The position numbers and the translations under genes are program-made. Below the pieces are notes generated by a model. It worked only from the letters and a program-made list of their open reading frames with translations. It was not told the origin of the DNA and ran no database searches. From an uncultured virus (IMG/VR IMGVR_UViG_3300028195_000003) (taxonomy: Duplodnaviria > Heunggongvirae > Uroviricota > Caudoviricetes), in IMG/VR virus record IMGVR_UViG_3300028195_000003: a stretch of 64,000 bases of DNA; one strand, written 5' to 3'. Shown here piece after piece: positions 35,493-45,900 of the stretch (position 1 is the stretch's first letter; each line of letters starts with the position of its first letter).

Positions 35493-36863
35493 ATGGTGGC
35501 CTATGACCCCGTGGCGATCGAACGGATGGCCCAGAGCCTGACGGACGAACAGCGCAGAATGGCCGGTGTCATCGGCCGCATCTTCGCGGCCGGAGGATAC
35601 GGTCCATCCATGCAGGCTGCAGCCGTAGCCAACGCCTACATGGAGAGCAACCTCGACCCCACCAAGTGGGGAGATTGGAGAGAGGACGAGCGGCGACACT
35701 GCAGCGGAGGGCTGTTCCAGCTCAACCGCTGCGGAGGTGCGGGCATCGGAATGACGAGGCCCCAGATCGAGGACCCAGCCCAGAACGCCCAGCGCATGCT
35801 CGACGAGCTCAACGGACACTTCGGGCGCCCCGTGGTGCGTGCCTGGACCTCCGGAGAGCGTCGCGTCGGAGAGCTCGCACGCATGATGTGCATCCACATG
35901 CTCAGGCCATCGAACGCGACAGAGAAAGCCAAGCTGCGCAAGAACATCGCCGTGGCCCTCTACCCACACCTGGCCACAGGAACCATGGCCACAGAGAGCT
36001 ACGGAGCCGCAGCCTGGTGGGGCGGGGAATGGATCGATGGAGTCCCCGAGAGTAAGTGGTCCCACGATCAACACATCGAGGCCCTCGATCCCGAGTTCCG
36101 GATGCGGGCCAGGAAGGTCATCGAAGACCTCGTGGCCAAGGGCTGGGACCCGATCATCGTCTCGAGCTGGCGCTCACAGAAGAGCCAGCAGCTGCTCTTC
36201 GTTCGAGACCAGACGACCAAGCGCTTCAGCTTCCACAACATCGAGAGTGACAGCCTGTTCCCCAGCGCCATGGCTGCAGACATCGTCGACTCCAGCGCAA
36301 GATACGGAACCTTCATCGATCCGAGGACCGGCATGAGGATGCCCCATGTCGAACACAGGAACAGCGCCATCCGGTTCTTCCGCGATCTGGCAGAGTCCGC
36401 AGAGAAACACGGGCTCATCACCGGAGGCTCGAAGGAGCAGCAGACACTGCGCCTCGACACCTCGTGGGAGGCCCACGGACTGTCTACCGATCCGTCCCAC
36501 GTCCAGATGCTCCCATACGACCAGCTGCCGGAGTACCAGAGAGAGGCAGAGCGGGCGTACGAAGAGAGTCACCCCGGCATGACCCCTCCGTGGAGGGTCC
36601 CCTATGCGCAGATGGTTGACATGTACGACGAGGAAGAACTCAGGCAACGACAGCTCGAAGAAGAGCACCCCAGCAGGAGAGGAGCTCCAACGACACAGAT
36701 CGTGATGGACCTGGACGGCTTGCCGACCATCGTCCCAGGAGACGACCAGGGGTGGGAAGACGATTCCGTCTCCCCGGGCAGCGGTGATACCTCTGGTGGA
36801 GGGGTGCTGGCTATGGGTCTCGTCGGTCTAGGGACGGCTCTGGTTCTGCTGGCGAGGAGCTGA
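35493..36863 (+). CDS. Two-domain peptidoglycan hydrolase (lysozyme-like + M15-like peptidase) with C-terminal anchor
   Basis: ANAYMESNLDP...GLFQLN; SSWRS...SFHN...AMAADI...DPSHVQ; ends GGGVLAMGLVGLGTALVLLARS. Confidence 0.8.
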   Translation: MVAYDPVAIERMAQSLTDEQRRMAGVIGRIFAAGGYGPSMQAAAVANAYMESNLDPTKWGDWREDERRHCSGGLFQLNRCGGAGIGMTRPQIEDPAQNAQRMLDELNGHFGRPVVRAWTSGERRVGELARMMCIHMLRPSNATEKAKLRKNIAVALYPHLATGTMATESYGAAAWWGGEWIDGVPESKWSHDQHIEALDPEFRMRARKVIEDLVAKGWDPIIVSSWRSQKSQQLLFVRDQTTKRFSFHNIESDSLFPSAMAADIVDSSARYGTFIDPRTGMRMPHVEHRNSAIRFFRDLAESAEKHGLITGGSKEQQTLRLDTSWEAHGLSTDPSHVQMLPYDQLPEYQREAERAYEESHPGMTPPWRVPYAQMVDMYDEEELRQRQLEEEHPSRRGAPTTQIVMDLDGLPTIVPGDDQGWEDDSVSPGSGDTSGGGVLAMGLVGLGTALVLLARS

Positions 36864-37050
36864 CCTCATCCACCAAAGGCGCACCTCCCCCATTACTGGG
36901 GACCCCGGACCTCGACATGTTCGCGTGGGCTCTCCCCCTGCACTCCTCGACCTCCTGCGCCGCCCTGTCCAGGCTCTTCCCCACGCCAGCCAGTAGATCT
37001 CTGATCTCCGACAGCTCGTCGTTGGTGAGTGAACGTGTGGTTCCCATGGG

Positions 37051-37593
37051 TCAATCTCCTCGCTGATCGCTGATGCGATCGATGGCGGACTCGACCCTCG
37101 CCAGGCTCGTCCTGGCCCCCTCCAGCTCAGTCCCGATTCTCTCGATGGCGCGCCCATGGCTCGAGCTGTCTCGCTCCAATTCCATGGTGCGCCGCGGAAT
37201 GTCTGCCCCCTCGGATCGGCTGATGTTCCTCTCCATGATTAGCAACCGACCCTCGAGACCCCCTTCCTTGACCTCGAGCTTCTCGAACCGCTTCTCGCAA
37301 CCATCGACCTGTTTGCTGATTCGGCCGTGTGACTGCTTGTAGTGATCGTCCATGGCCTTCTTCGCGCCGTCCACATCCTTCTGGAGCTGCACCTTCGCCT
37401 CCTCCAGATCCTTGGCCAGATCAGAACGACGGTTCCTCGTCATCGTATATCCCATGGTGATCATGGTCAACACAATGGCCAAGGACGAAACCACGACGCT
37501 CGGATTCACGTAATCCCAGATCCCCACAGGCGCCTGAGTCTGCGCCGCCTGCTGTGCGAAGGTCGTTCCAATGAGGGTCAGCAGCAACATCAT
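37051..37593 (-). CDS. Membrane protein with C-terminal coiled coil
   Basis: Signal-like N-terminus, TM helix and heptad-rich tail. Confidence 0.7.
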   Translation of the reverse strand: MMLLLTLIGTTFAQQAAQTQAPVGIWDYVNPSVVVSSLAIVLTMITMGYTMTRNRRSDLAKDLEEAKVQLQKDVDGAKKAMDDHYKQSHGRISKQVDGCEKRFEKLEVKEGGLEGRLLIMERNISRSEGADIPRRTMELERDSSSHGRAIERIGTELEGARTSLARVESAIDRISDQRGD

Positions 37594-38114
37594 CCCACCA
37601 CCTCTTCTTCTCTCTGCTCGGATTCTTCCGACAGCTTGTTTCTCACCCAGCTCGACAGCTCCGACAGCCCGATCATCGACACAGCTACACCGTTGCAGAT
37701 CAGCGCACCATTCCGGAGGGAGATCCGGTGACCGGCCTCTACCTCCAGCAGAAGGTCCATCAGCGGAACGATCGAGTCCACGACGGACTCGATGGACCGC
37801 AGAGCTCCCTCGTCAACCTCGGCGGGAGGAATACGCTCGAGGCAGGACGACACGCTCCTGAAAGACGTAGGACTCAACAGCACGTTCCTGACCATGATCC
37901 CAACGGCTGGAGCCGTCGTTCCGAGCACCACCGTCCGAAGAAACAGCAGCGGAACATCCTCTGCCAGACGCTCGAAGGACTCGGCAATATCCGAAGAGAT
38001 CGAGTACAGCATTTCGATGAGCTCTGGAGACGACATCGTCCCGAGACCCCGAACGACGGCTACCGCCCTGTCCAGGACCCTCGAGTCTTCAACGATGGCC
38101 GTGCTCTGCTGCAC
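37590..38114 (-). CDS. Hypothetical protein
   Basis: 174 aa ORF coupled to 37051..37593. Confidence 0.6.
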   Translation of the reverse strand: MQQSTAIVEDSRVLDRAVAVVRGLGTMSSPELIEMLYSISSDIAESFERLAEDVPLLFLRTVVLGTTAPAVGIMVRNVLLSPTSFRSVSSCLERIPPAEVDEGALRSIESVVDSIVPLMDLLLEVEAGHRISLRNGALICNGVAVSMIGLSELSSWVRNKLSEESEQREEEVVG

Positions 38115-38199
38115 CTCGGATCACTCCTGAGACGCGGCGGCACGACAAGCCCACGGCGACTCGAGCTCCAGGTTATCATGTTCCGCACAGGAGCGTCTC

Positions 38200-38658
38200 A
38201 TGAAACGAAAATACTCCTTCCAGGTTCACCCCGAAGCGAGAGCATGGGCACCGAACCCAGAGATGCAGCACAGACTGGAGATGGAGTTCCCTCTGCCTGT
38301 TACCGTGAGGCTCTGGCCCAGGAGCATGGTCGGTCAGGTGACCAACAAGGTCGGTCTGCAGCCCCACGCCTTCCGGGCCAGATCCATCGAAAACGTGGCC
38401 GACGTCTTCGTTGACCCGACAGAGACCCGCGAGTCCATCGCGTGGCTCATCGCTCACGAGCTCGCCCACCACGAGCTCAAGAGGAAATACCCAGAGGCCA
38501 AGCGTGCGATGGACACGGTCCGCCCAGGCCTCCCTGTGGCGGGGGACGCCTTCCACGACTACGACACCGAGGAGGCGTGGTGCGACAACCGCGCCACCGC
38601 CATCGTCGGCAAACGGCTGGACAGGAAGTGGTGGCGAGACAGGACGAGGGCCTTCTGA
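38200..38658 (+). CDS. HExxH zinc-metallopeptidase-like protein (ImmA/IrrE-like)
   Basis: IAHELAHHEL followed by EEAWCD. Confidence 0.65.
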   Translation: MKRKYSFQVHPEARAWAPNPEMQHRLEMEFPLPVTVRLWPRSMVGQVTNKVGLQPHAFRARSIENVADVFVDPTETRESIAWLIAHELAHHELKRKYPEAKRAMDTVRPGLPVAGDAFHDYDTEEAWCDNRATAIVGKRLDRKWWRDRTRAF

Positions 38659-38758
38659 GCTTGACGGGAAGAGGCCTGGGAGTATCTTTGACGAACACCC
38701 ATCGTCATGATACTACCAGTGTCATACCTTTCCCGCCTTTCCAGCCGGAGGAACGAAC

Positions 38759-39328
38759 ATGGCCATCATCGGCCCCGAAGACCTGATCACCAACGTCCGA
38801 GGCATCCACGACGACTTCATCGACAAGCTGCGCGACAAGCACAAGAGTGAGAGGGCCAAGATCGACAAGCTCCTGTCCCTCGAAAAGCTCCGCAGATCCA
38901 TAGAGGGCCTGCTCGACAAGCAGATCCAGAAGGCAGCCAAGGGGGCCCTCAAGGCTCACCTCGCGCAGATCGAGAAAGGGGAGACCCTCGACCCCTTCCT
39001 CTCCATCGAGACCGATATCGAACGTCTCGCGTCGGCCGCCTGGGACAAGAGCCCGTCCGGCCTCCAGAGAGAGTACAGCGCCAAGGACCTCGGCTGGGGC
39101 ATGGCCGTCCTGCTCGAGAATGCCGGCTACTTCGTCCAGGCCGACGGCAAGCTCGCCATCGACATCCCGCTGACGGACGAGGCCGCACAGAGCATGCTCG
39201 ACGACGACGATGATGATGTCATCGACGACGAGGATCCGGAGCTCACCCCTCCCGACGAAGACTCCGATCAGGAGCTACAGATCCCGGAGGACGACGAGGA
39301 AGGGGACAGCGGAGAGAGCAACGAGTAG
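38759..39328 (+). CDS. Hypothetical protein with acidic tail
   Basis: GGAGG RBS; upstream TTGACG-17-TATCTT. Confidence 0.75.
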   Translation: MAIIGPEDLITNVRGIHDDFIDKLRDKHKSERAKIDKLLSLEKLRRSIEGLLDKQIQKAAKGALKAHLAQIEKGETLDPFLSIETDIERLASAAWDKSPSGLQREYSAKDLGWGMAVLLENAGYFVQADGKLAIDIPLTDEAAQSMLDDDDDDVIDDEDPELTPPDEDSDQELQIPEDDEEGDSGESNE

Positions 39329-39353
39329 ACCAGACACCCTGCAGGGAGAAGAG

Positions 39354-42300
39354 ATGGACTTCGTACACCTGCGGGCCTACAGCGGTCACACGCTCATGCA
39401 GAGCCTGCTGTCGCCCGAGAAGCTCGTCAGGGCTGCGTCCAAGATGAACATGCCAGCGGTCGCTGTCACCGACGACAGCAACCTCTGCGCCATCGTCCAG
39501 ATGGTCAAGGCTCGAAAGGCCGTGGGCGCCGAGATCGCAAAGGCGGAAGAGAAAGGAAAAGAGACCAAGCTCGTCTCCGTCCCCAGGACCGTCTTCGGGA
39601 TGAGCCTGTGGATGCTCGACGACATAGGCGCCATCGATCCAGAGCTACCGGACACCGGCTGGGGCATCGCGCTGCTGGCCAAGGACGACACTGGACACCG
39701 AAACCTGTGCAGGCTGGCGACCATCGCCCAGCTTCACATACACTACCGCCCAAGGATCGACTGGGACACGCTGGATGCCCACCGCGACGGCCTGATCTGT
39801 CTGACCATGGACAGGAGCGGACCGCTGAGCGGAGAGGACGATCAGGCCGCCATGCAGCGGGCCGACCACCTCCTGGCCATCTTCGGTCACGACCACCTCT
39901 ACGCGGAGCTCTGCGATCAGGGCCTGCCCGGACAGCGCACCGTCCTCGACAGAACGAGGAGATGGAGCAAGGACAGGCGAGTGGACACCGTCGTCACGAG
40001 CCCTCCGCGCTACCTCTACCCCCACGGGGCCGTAGGGCTGGAGCTGCTACGCGCTAACGGGCACAAGCTGAACCTCGACCACCTGCGCCTGAAGGGGAAG
40101 AGTCTCGATACCGACCAGCTGTGGTTCAAGGGACGATCGGACCTGGAAAAGCTGTTCCCAGAAGACACAGAGGCCATCAACAGAACCCTCGAGGTCGCCC
40201 AGCGCTGCACTTACATGCCTCCCACCGGGACCTTCCACTTCCCCCAGAGCGACCCACCGCCAGAGATTCACGGCACCAACAGCCGGTGGCGCTGGATTCA
40301 CGACTGGTTCCCTCCCCCAGCCGCCTACGGTGACATCCCAAGGCCAGACGCCCCGATCGAGAGGCGTGATGGATGGAGCCTGACCGACGAATATTTCGCC
40401 TGGTACGCCAGGACCGGGCTCGCCATCAGGCTCGCCAAGGCCAACAGCGACGGCAGGGAGCTGGACAAGGAGGTCTACGAGGAGAGACTCGAGAGCGAGA
40501 TCCGGATGATCCACGACATGGGGTTCTGCGCCTACATGCTCATCGTCGCCGAGTTCATCAACTGGGCCAAGGATCGAGGAATCCCTGTCGGCCCGGGGCG
40601 TGGCAGCGTAGCAGGGAGCCTGGTCGCGTGGGCCATGAGGGTCACCGACGTCGACTCCATCGAGTTCGATCTGCTCTTCGAACGCTTCCTCAACCCGGCC
40701 CGCAAGTCGATGCCCGATGTGGATGTCGACTTCGGGCAAGCCCGGCGTGAGGAGGTCATCGACCACGTCAAGCAGCGCTACGGAGACGACAAGGTCGCCC
40801 AGATCATCACCTACGGAACATCGAAAGTCCTGGGATCCGTGAAGGATGCGGCCAGGGGCATCGGCATGTTCTTCAACGACGCCAACAAGCTCACCAACTT
40901 GGTCGGAGAGGCCAAGACCCTCGAAGACGCGATGAGGAACGAAGAAGATCTGAGGCTGATGTACCAGCACGACCCCGTCGTCCGGCGCGCCTTCGACCTG
41001 GCCAGGATGCTCAAGGGGGGCGTCAGACAGTGGGGCATCCACGCCGCCGGCGTCGTCGTCACCCCCAACCCCATGTCGGACTACGCCCCCGTCCACCACA
41101 TGGCCGAGGGCCAGGGGAAGAAGAAAAAGACTTACAAGAACGTCGTCGGCGTGGACATGAAGGCTGTCGACTACCTCGGCCTGATCAAGTTCGACTTCCT
41201 CGGGCTGAAGACTCTCGACATCCTCCTGCAGGCCATCGACCTGGTCTGGGAAGCGACCGGAGAACGTCCCGACCTGTCCAGCCTACCCTACGATGACCCT
41301 GCCACCCTCGAGCTGCTCGGACGCGGTGACACACACGGTCTGTTCCAGGTCGAATCCTACGGAATGCAGGACCTGCTGCGACGCCTGAAGCCCTCCAGCA
41401 TCCACGACGTCATCGCGACCCTCGCCCTGTATCGGCCAGGCCCCCTGCAGTCCGGCATGGTGGACGACTTCGTCGAGCGCAAGCATGGCCGCGAGGATGT
41501 CGCCTACTTCCACCCCCTGCTGGAGCCTGTCCTCGAGAGGAGCTACGGCGTCATCGTCTACCAGGAACAGGTCATGCAGTCCGCACAGGTTCTGGCCGGG
41601 TACTCCCTGGGGGACGCCGACCTGCTGCGCCGAGCGATGGGCAAGAAGATCCCCGAAGAGATGGAAGCCCACCGAGGCCGGTTCGTGAGAGGAGCTTCCG
41701 AGAAGGACATCGAGACCAAACAGGCCAACCACATCTTCGACATGATCGACCACTTCTCCGGTTATGGCTTCAACCTGGCCCACTCTGCAGCCTACGGTCT
41801 CATCACCTGGCAGACGGCATGGATGAAGGCCCACCACCGAGCCCAGCTGATGGCCGCGGCCATGACCTGGGAGGCCAACAGCCGGGAGAAGCTGCTGGCC
41901 TACCTGTGCAACTGTCGGCAGAACGGCCTCGAAGTGCTCGGACCCGACATCAACAAGAGCCGTGGAAGCTTCCATGTCGAGGACGAAAAGATCCGCTTCG
42001 GACTGACCGCAATCAAGAAGGTCGGACAGCGCACCGTCGACGTGATCGAACGCATCCGACGCGAGGGCGGTCCCTTCGAGAGTGTCGAGGACTTCCTCCA
42101 AAGAACCACCCGCCGAGCGGTCCCCAAGGGAGCCTTCGACAACCTCTGCCGCGCCGGGGCCTTCGACAGCCTGCAGCCGAGAAGAGATCTATCGATCCTC
42201 ACGATCCCTCCCACCAAAAAGGGCACCTCGAAAAATCACGAGGAGGCCAAAGCAGCCAAGGAGGCCTCCACGCCATGGACCTGGTCAGAGCGCATGGACC

Positions 42301-42929
42301 GAGAGATGGTAGCGCTTGGAATCTGGCTCACGGGCCATCCGCTCGATCAATACGACGCGACCCTCAGATCAACGGCATGCGACAGAACCATCGAACAGAT
42401 GGTAACCGCCAAGGCGCGCAAGTCCTTCCGTACCATGGGCATCATCAGCAAGATCCACAAGATCACGACCAAGGGCGGACAGGAGATGGTCTTCATCACA
42501 ATCAGCAGCCCCAGCGCCATCGTGGAGGTGAGCTGCTTCCCTGTCACCACCAGGCGCTACAGCCACCTGATAAAAAAGGGCGCCGCCGTGATCGTCAAGG
42601 GCGCCCTGGACAAGGATGGGGCCGAGGGCAAGTTCCTGGTCGAAGAGATCCGATCCCTGGACGAGCACCGCCGCAAGATGAGCCGATCTGCAGAGATCGT
42701 GCTGGAGAACGACGAACTCGCTGGAAGAGAGGCAGAGCTCATCGCCATCCTCGATCGTCACAAGACGACACGCAGGCACGAAGACCGCCAGACCGTCACC
42801 CTGACCGTCACCTTCGACAAGGGCCGCAAGGTCCACTTCGACCTGGACCTCGACCTCGACCTGTGCCCTGAGCTGTTCATCGACATGGAGCGCTTCACCG
42901 GACGCCTCAACGCCGTCGTGGCTGGCTGA
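39354..42929 (+). CDS. dnaE: DNA polymerase III alpha subunit (family C)
   Basis: GPGRGSVAGS, FERFLNP, MPDVDVDF, GIHAAGVV, KFDFLGLKTL, YRPGP, YQEQVM, RRAMGKK, GYGFNLAHS and OB fold; start MDFVHL at 39354. Confidence 0.97.
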   Translation: MDFVHLRAYSGHTLMQSLLSPEKLVRAASKMNMPAVAVTDDSNLCAIVQMVKARKAVGAEIAKAEEKGKETKLVSVPRTVFGMSLWMLDDIGAIDPELPDTGWGIALLAKDDTGHRNLCRLATIAQLHIHYRPRIDWDTLDAHRDGLICLTMDRSGPLSGEDDQAAMQRADHLLAIFGHDHLYAELCDQGLPGQRTVLDRTRRWSKDRRVDTVVTSPPRYLYPHGAVGLELLRANGHKLNLDHLRLKGKSLDTDQLWFKGRSDLEKLFPEDTEAINRTLEVAQRCTYMPPTGTFHFPQSDPPPEIHGTNSRWRWIHDWFPPPAAYGDIPRPDAPIERRDGWSLTDEYFAWYARTGLAIRLAKANSDGRELDKEVYEERLESEIRMIHDMGFCAYMLIVAEFINWAKDRGIPVGPGRGSVAGSLVAWAMRVTDVDSIEFDLLFERFLNPARKSMPDVDVDFGQARREEVIDHVKQRYGDDKVAQIITYGTSKVLGSVKDAARGIGMFFNDANKLTNLVGEAKTLEDAMRNEEDLRLMYQHDPVVRRAFDLARMLKGGVRQWGIHAAGVVVTPNPMSDYAPVHHMAEGQGKKKKTYKNVVGVDMKAVDYLGLIKFDFLGLKTLDILLQAIDLVWEATGERPDLSSLPYDDPATLELLGRGDTHGLFQVESYGMQDLLRRLKPSSIHDVIATLALYRPGPLQSGMVDDFVERKHGREDVAYFHPLLEPVLERSYGVIVYQEQVMQSAQVLAGYSLGDADLLRRAMGKKIPEEMEAHRGRFVRGASEKDIETKQANHIFDMIDHFSGYGFNLAHSAAYGLITWQTAWMKAHHRAQLMAAAMTWEANSREKLLAYLCNCRQNGLEVLGPDINKSRGSFHVEDEKIRFGLTAIKKVGQRTVDVIERIRREGGPFESVEDFLQRTTRRAVPKGAFDNLCRAGAFDSLQPRRDLSILTIPPTKKGTSKNHEEAKAAKEASTPWTWSERMDREMVALGIWLTGHPLDQYDATLRSTACDRTIEQMVTAKARKSFRTMGIISKIHKITTKGGQEMVFITISSPSAIVEVSCFPVTTRRYSHLIKKGAAVIVKGALDKDGAEGKFLVEEIRSLDEHRRKMSRSAEIVLENDELAGREAELIAILDRHKTTRRHEDRQTVTLTVTFDKGRKVHFDLDLDLDLCPELFIDMERFTGRLNAVVAG

Positions 42930-42996
42930 ACGTCCACCACCTGGCAGCCCAAGACGAGGTATACTGTCCATCGACGAACGATGGTGGTATCCCTCA

Positions 42997-45900
42997 ATGA
43001 GCTCGACCGGCACGAACATCGCCTCGATCCTCGCGCTCATCCCGGACAAGCGGGCGAGAGACTCGACCGTCAAGCAGCTCAAGGGTCGACTCAAACTCAC
43101 GGAAAAGAAGAGCGGTGGGCGCATCGCCGGCATCCGCAAGCAGTACGGAGACCGTACGGCAGCCCTCATCGAGAACCTGCTGAAGGCACAAGGGATCTCC
43201 CTGGAGAGGGACACCTGGATCCTTCCGCTCATGGTCTGGCTTGGCCGCACGGCCAACCTCAACATCGAGCTCCCGTTGAGCACGTGGCCATCCCTGGAGG
43301 CCGTCGCCAGGTGGTCCTCCGCCACTGGCCAGACGCTCGTCACCGAAGACCTGCAACACGTCGCCCCGACCGCATCTCGATGGAGCGAGACTATCGACAG
43401 AGAGATCCCCACGGCCCTCGCCATTCAGGGACAGGACTTCGCCGATCCCGAGATCAGACAGCGCTACGAAGGTGCCATCGCGTGGATGGAGGCCAGGATC
43501 ACACGAGGAGACACGGCACCGTGGCCCTCTCCCGTCATCGTCCAGCGCATGCTGAACACGAACAAGGAGAACATGCCAGGGATGAGCCAGGAGAGCTTCA
43601 ACGACATCTCCCCCGCCAGCGTCTTCGAGGACACAAAGCAAGGCGGCCGAGGCACGAGACCTCACGAGGAGTGGCTCAAGCGACTGACGAAGTTCAAGCA
43701 GGACGGATGGCGTCCCTCGTCCGACGGAATCGTTCACCGTTGGGACAACGGGATGACACTGGAGGCCCTTATCCGTCCCGAGAGCCTGAAGAACGAGACG
43801 GATGTCATGGGACATTGCATCGGGCAGAGCTCCTATCTCGCTGGACACCTCGCCAACATCCAGAGGGGCAAAATGGGGTACTACAGCCTTCGCCACCCCT
43901 CGGGCTACAGCCTCTGTACCTTCGAGATCGAACTCGACAGCGAGGGAGGATGGAAAAGCCATCGCCAGTCCAAGGGACCCAAGAACTTCGCCGTACACCC
44001 TACCTGGGTCAACTACGCCGTCCAGACCCTGCAGCGCTGCCTAAGGCCCGACTTGCCGGAAGGCTACGACGCTATCGCCATCACCAAGAGCATCCACGAG
44101 GACGACCCACTCTTCACGACCATGGTCCTGACATCCCCGCAGCTGTCCTTGGAGTGGGCCAAGCTCCACGGAGCGGACGATGTCACCAGACAGTCCGCGT
44201 CGAGAGAGCCGAAGTCCGCGCTGGATTACGCCATGCGCGTAGACAAGAGCCCCCACACCGTCACGCGCCATGGCGCCTCGACGGATCCACAGACCGCTCT
44301 GAAGTACGCCAAAGATGTCGACAACGGCCCACACGAACAGACCAGACAGGGCGCCTCTGTCGCAGGCGGCACAGCGCTGACCTACGCGGTACAGATCGAC
44401 CGTGAACCCACCGCACAGACCCTCGCGGGTGTCATCAACGACCCCTACTACCTGAAGCGCTACATCGAGAACTTCCCCGACATCGATCTGGGCGATCAGC
44501 GTGCAGAGGCTATCGCCAAGGGACCCAAGAGCGCCTTCATGTGGGCGAGGTCCGTCGAAGGAAAGCCATCGGACGAGACCAGAGACAAGGCCTCCGAAGA
44601 TCCCGTCTGGGCCCTGAGATATGCCCTGTCGGTGGACAAGTGCTGGCACCCGGTAACCGCCCATGGCGTGCTGCCCGATCCCAACATGGCCGTCCTGTAT
44701 GCCATGGAGCTCCACGACGAAGACTTCGACGAAGAGTGGTTCGACAGACTCTTCGGGTCCGCCAGGATGACGGCCCCCACGCTGACGCTGTGGATCCTCA
44801 CGCTGGAACGCCCCAGGAAGGTCTACCAGCTCAACGACATCCTCGGCATCTCCGAGCTTCCGCTTCCGGACAAGGACATCTACACCGGCTACCAGGGCTA
44901 CGAGATCTTCCACAGCGCAACCCGTATCGAAGACACAGTCGAGTCCAGAAACTCGTCTATCATGAACAGAACATTCTCGGCGGTCCATCACTGCTGGAAG
45001 AGCCCGGCCGCCTGTGCATTGTACGTCCTGGCGGCCAACGCGCCCGTAGACGCCCCGTGGATGGGCCAGACGATCACCACCCTCTCCAAAAAGATCGCTT
45101 CCAGAAACGAAAGAGGGTTCGGAGAAAACGTCAGGCTCATCCTCTCGAGAAGACACCGCCTGGGAGGAGAGAACATCCCATCCAACGTCAGCGTCCCGCT
45201 CGCTCTGGCGTTCCCTCTGATCGCTCCTGACATCATCCGAGCGCTGGGCAATAGCGCCAGAGAGAGTGTCACCAGCGCCAACCGCAGAGAGCTCATCGCG
45301 CAAGGTCCAAAGTCCGCGATCGCGGTCGCCAGGTACATCGACGACGAGCCAAAGAGGGACACCTTCGAAGCTGTCGCCTCCGACTCCAGCGCCATGACCA
45401 GCTACTTGAGGGCCTTCTCCATCAACCCTCTCACCATCCCGGTCTTCATTCGAAGAAAAATCGCGGGGATGGGACACGGGATCTCGAGCATGGAACGCCT
45501 GCTGGCCAGGCAGAGCTACCCAGTAGACTCGAGCCTCAGCCAGTATAGCGGCGACAACTACTACACCTCGACCCCGAGAATCGTGGCCCGGACAACAGCA
45601 GAACGCTGCCTGGAGGTCTCGAGACAGGCCCTGACCTTCGTCCCCGGGAACAAGACCAACACCAGACTCCTCGACGGCGTCCAGCGCCTGCTGCAGGTCA
45701 AGGGAAGGTACGGGAACAACGAGGAAGACTTCTGTGGCCTGCACGGTCAGGAAGACCTGGAGCTCGTCAGAGAGCTGGTACGGAGAGGACACCGCCACCT
45801 GGCCTGGATGGATCACGAAGGCTCCAGCGATACCTACAGGTGGTCACACCCACACGGCGAACGTCCACGGTCACTTCCTTCGTCCATGGCGCTGCTACCA

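Noticed and set aside
39210..39353. N-terminal extension of DnaE in the ORF track
   Set aside because: It overlaps the upstream gene. The family-typical start MDFVHL with an RBS is at 39354.
2030..45816. Long antisense or alternate-frame ORFs (e.g. 2030..3634, 28907..30541, 42981..44405, 44041..45816)
   Set aside because: They are shadows of high-GC genes with recognisable motifs on the other strand or frame.
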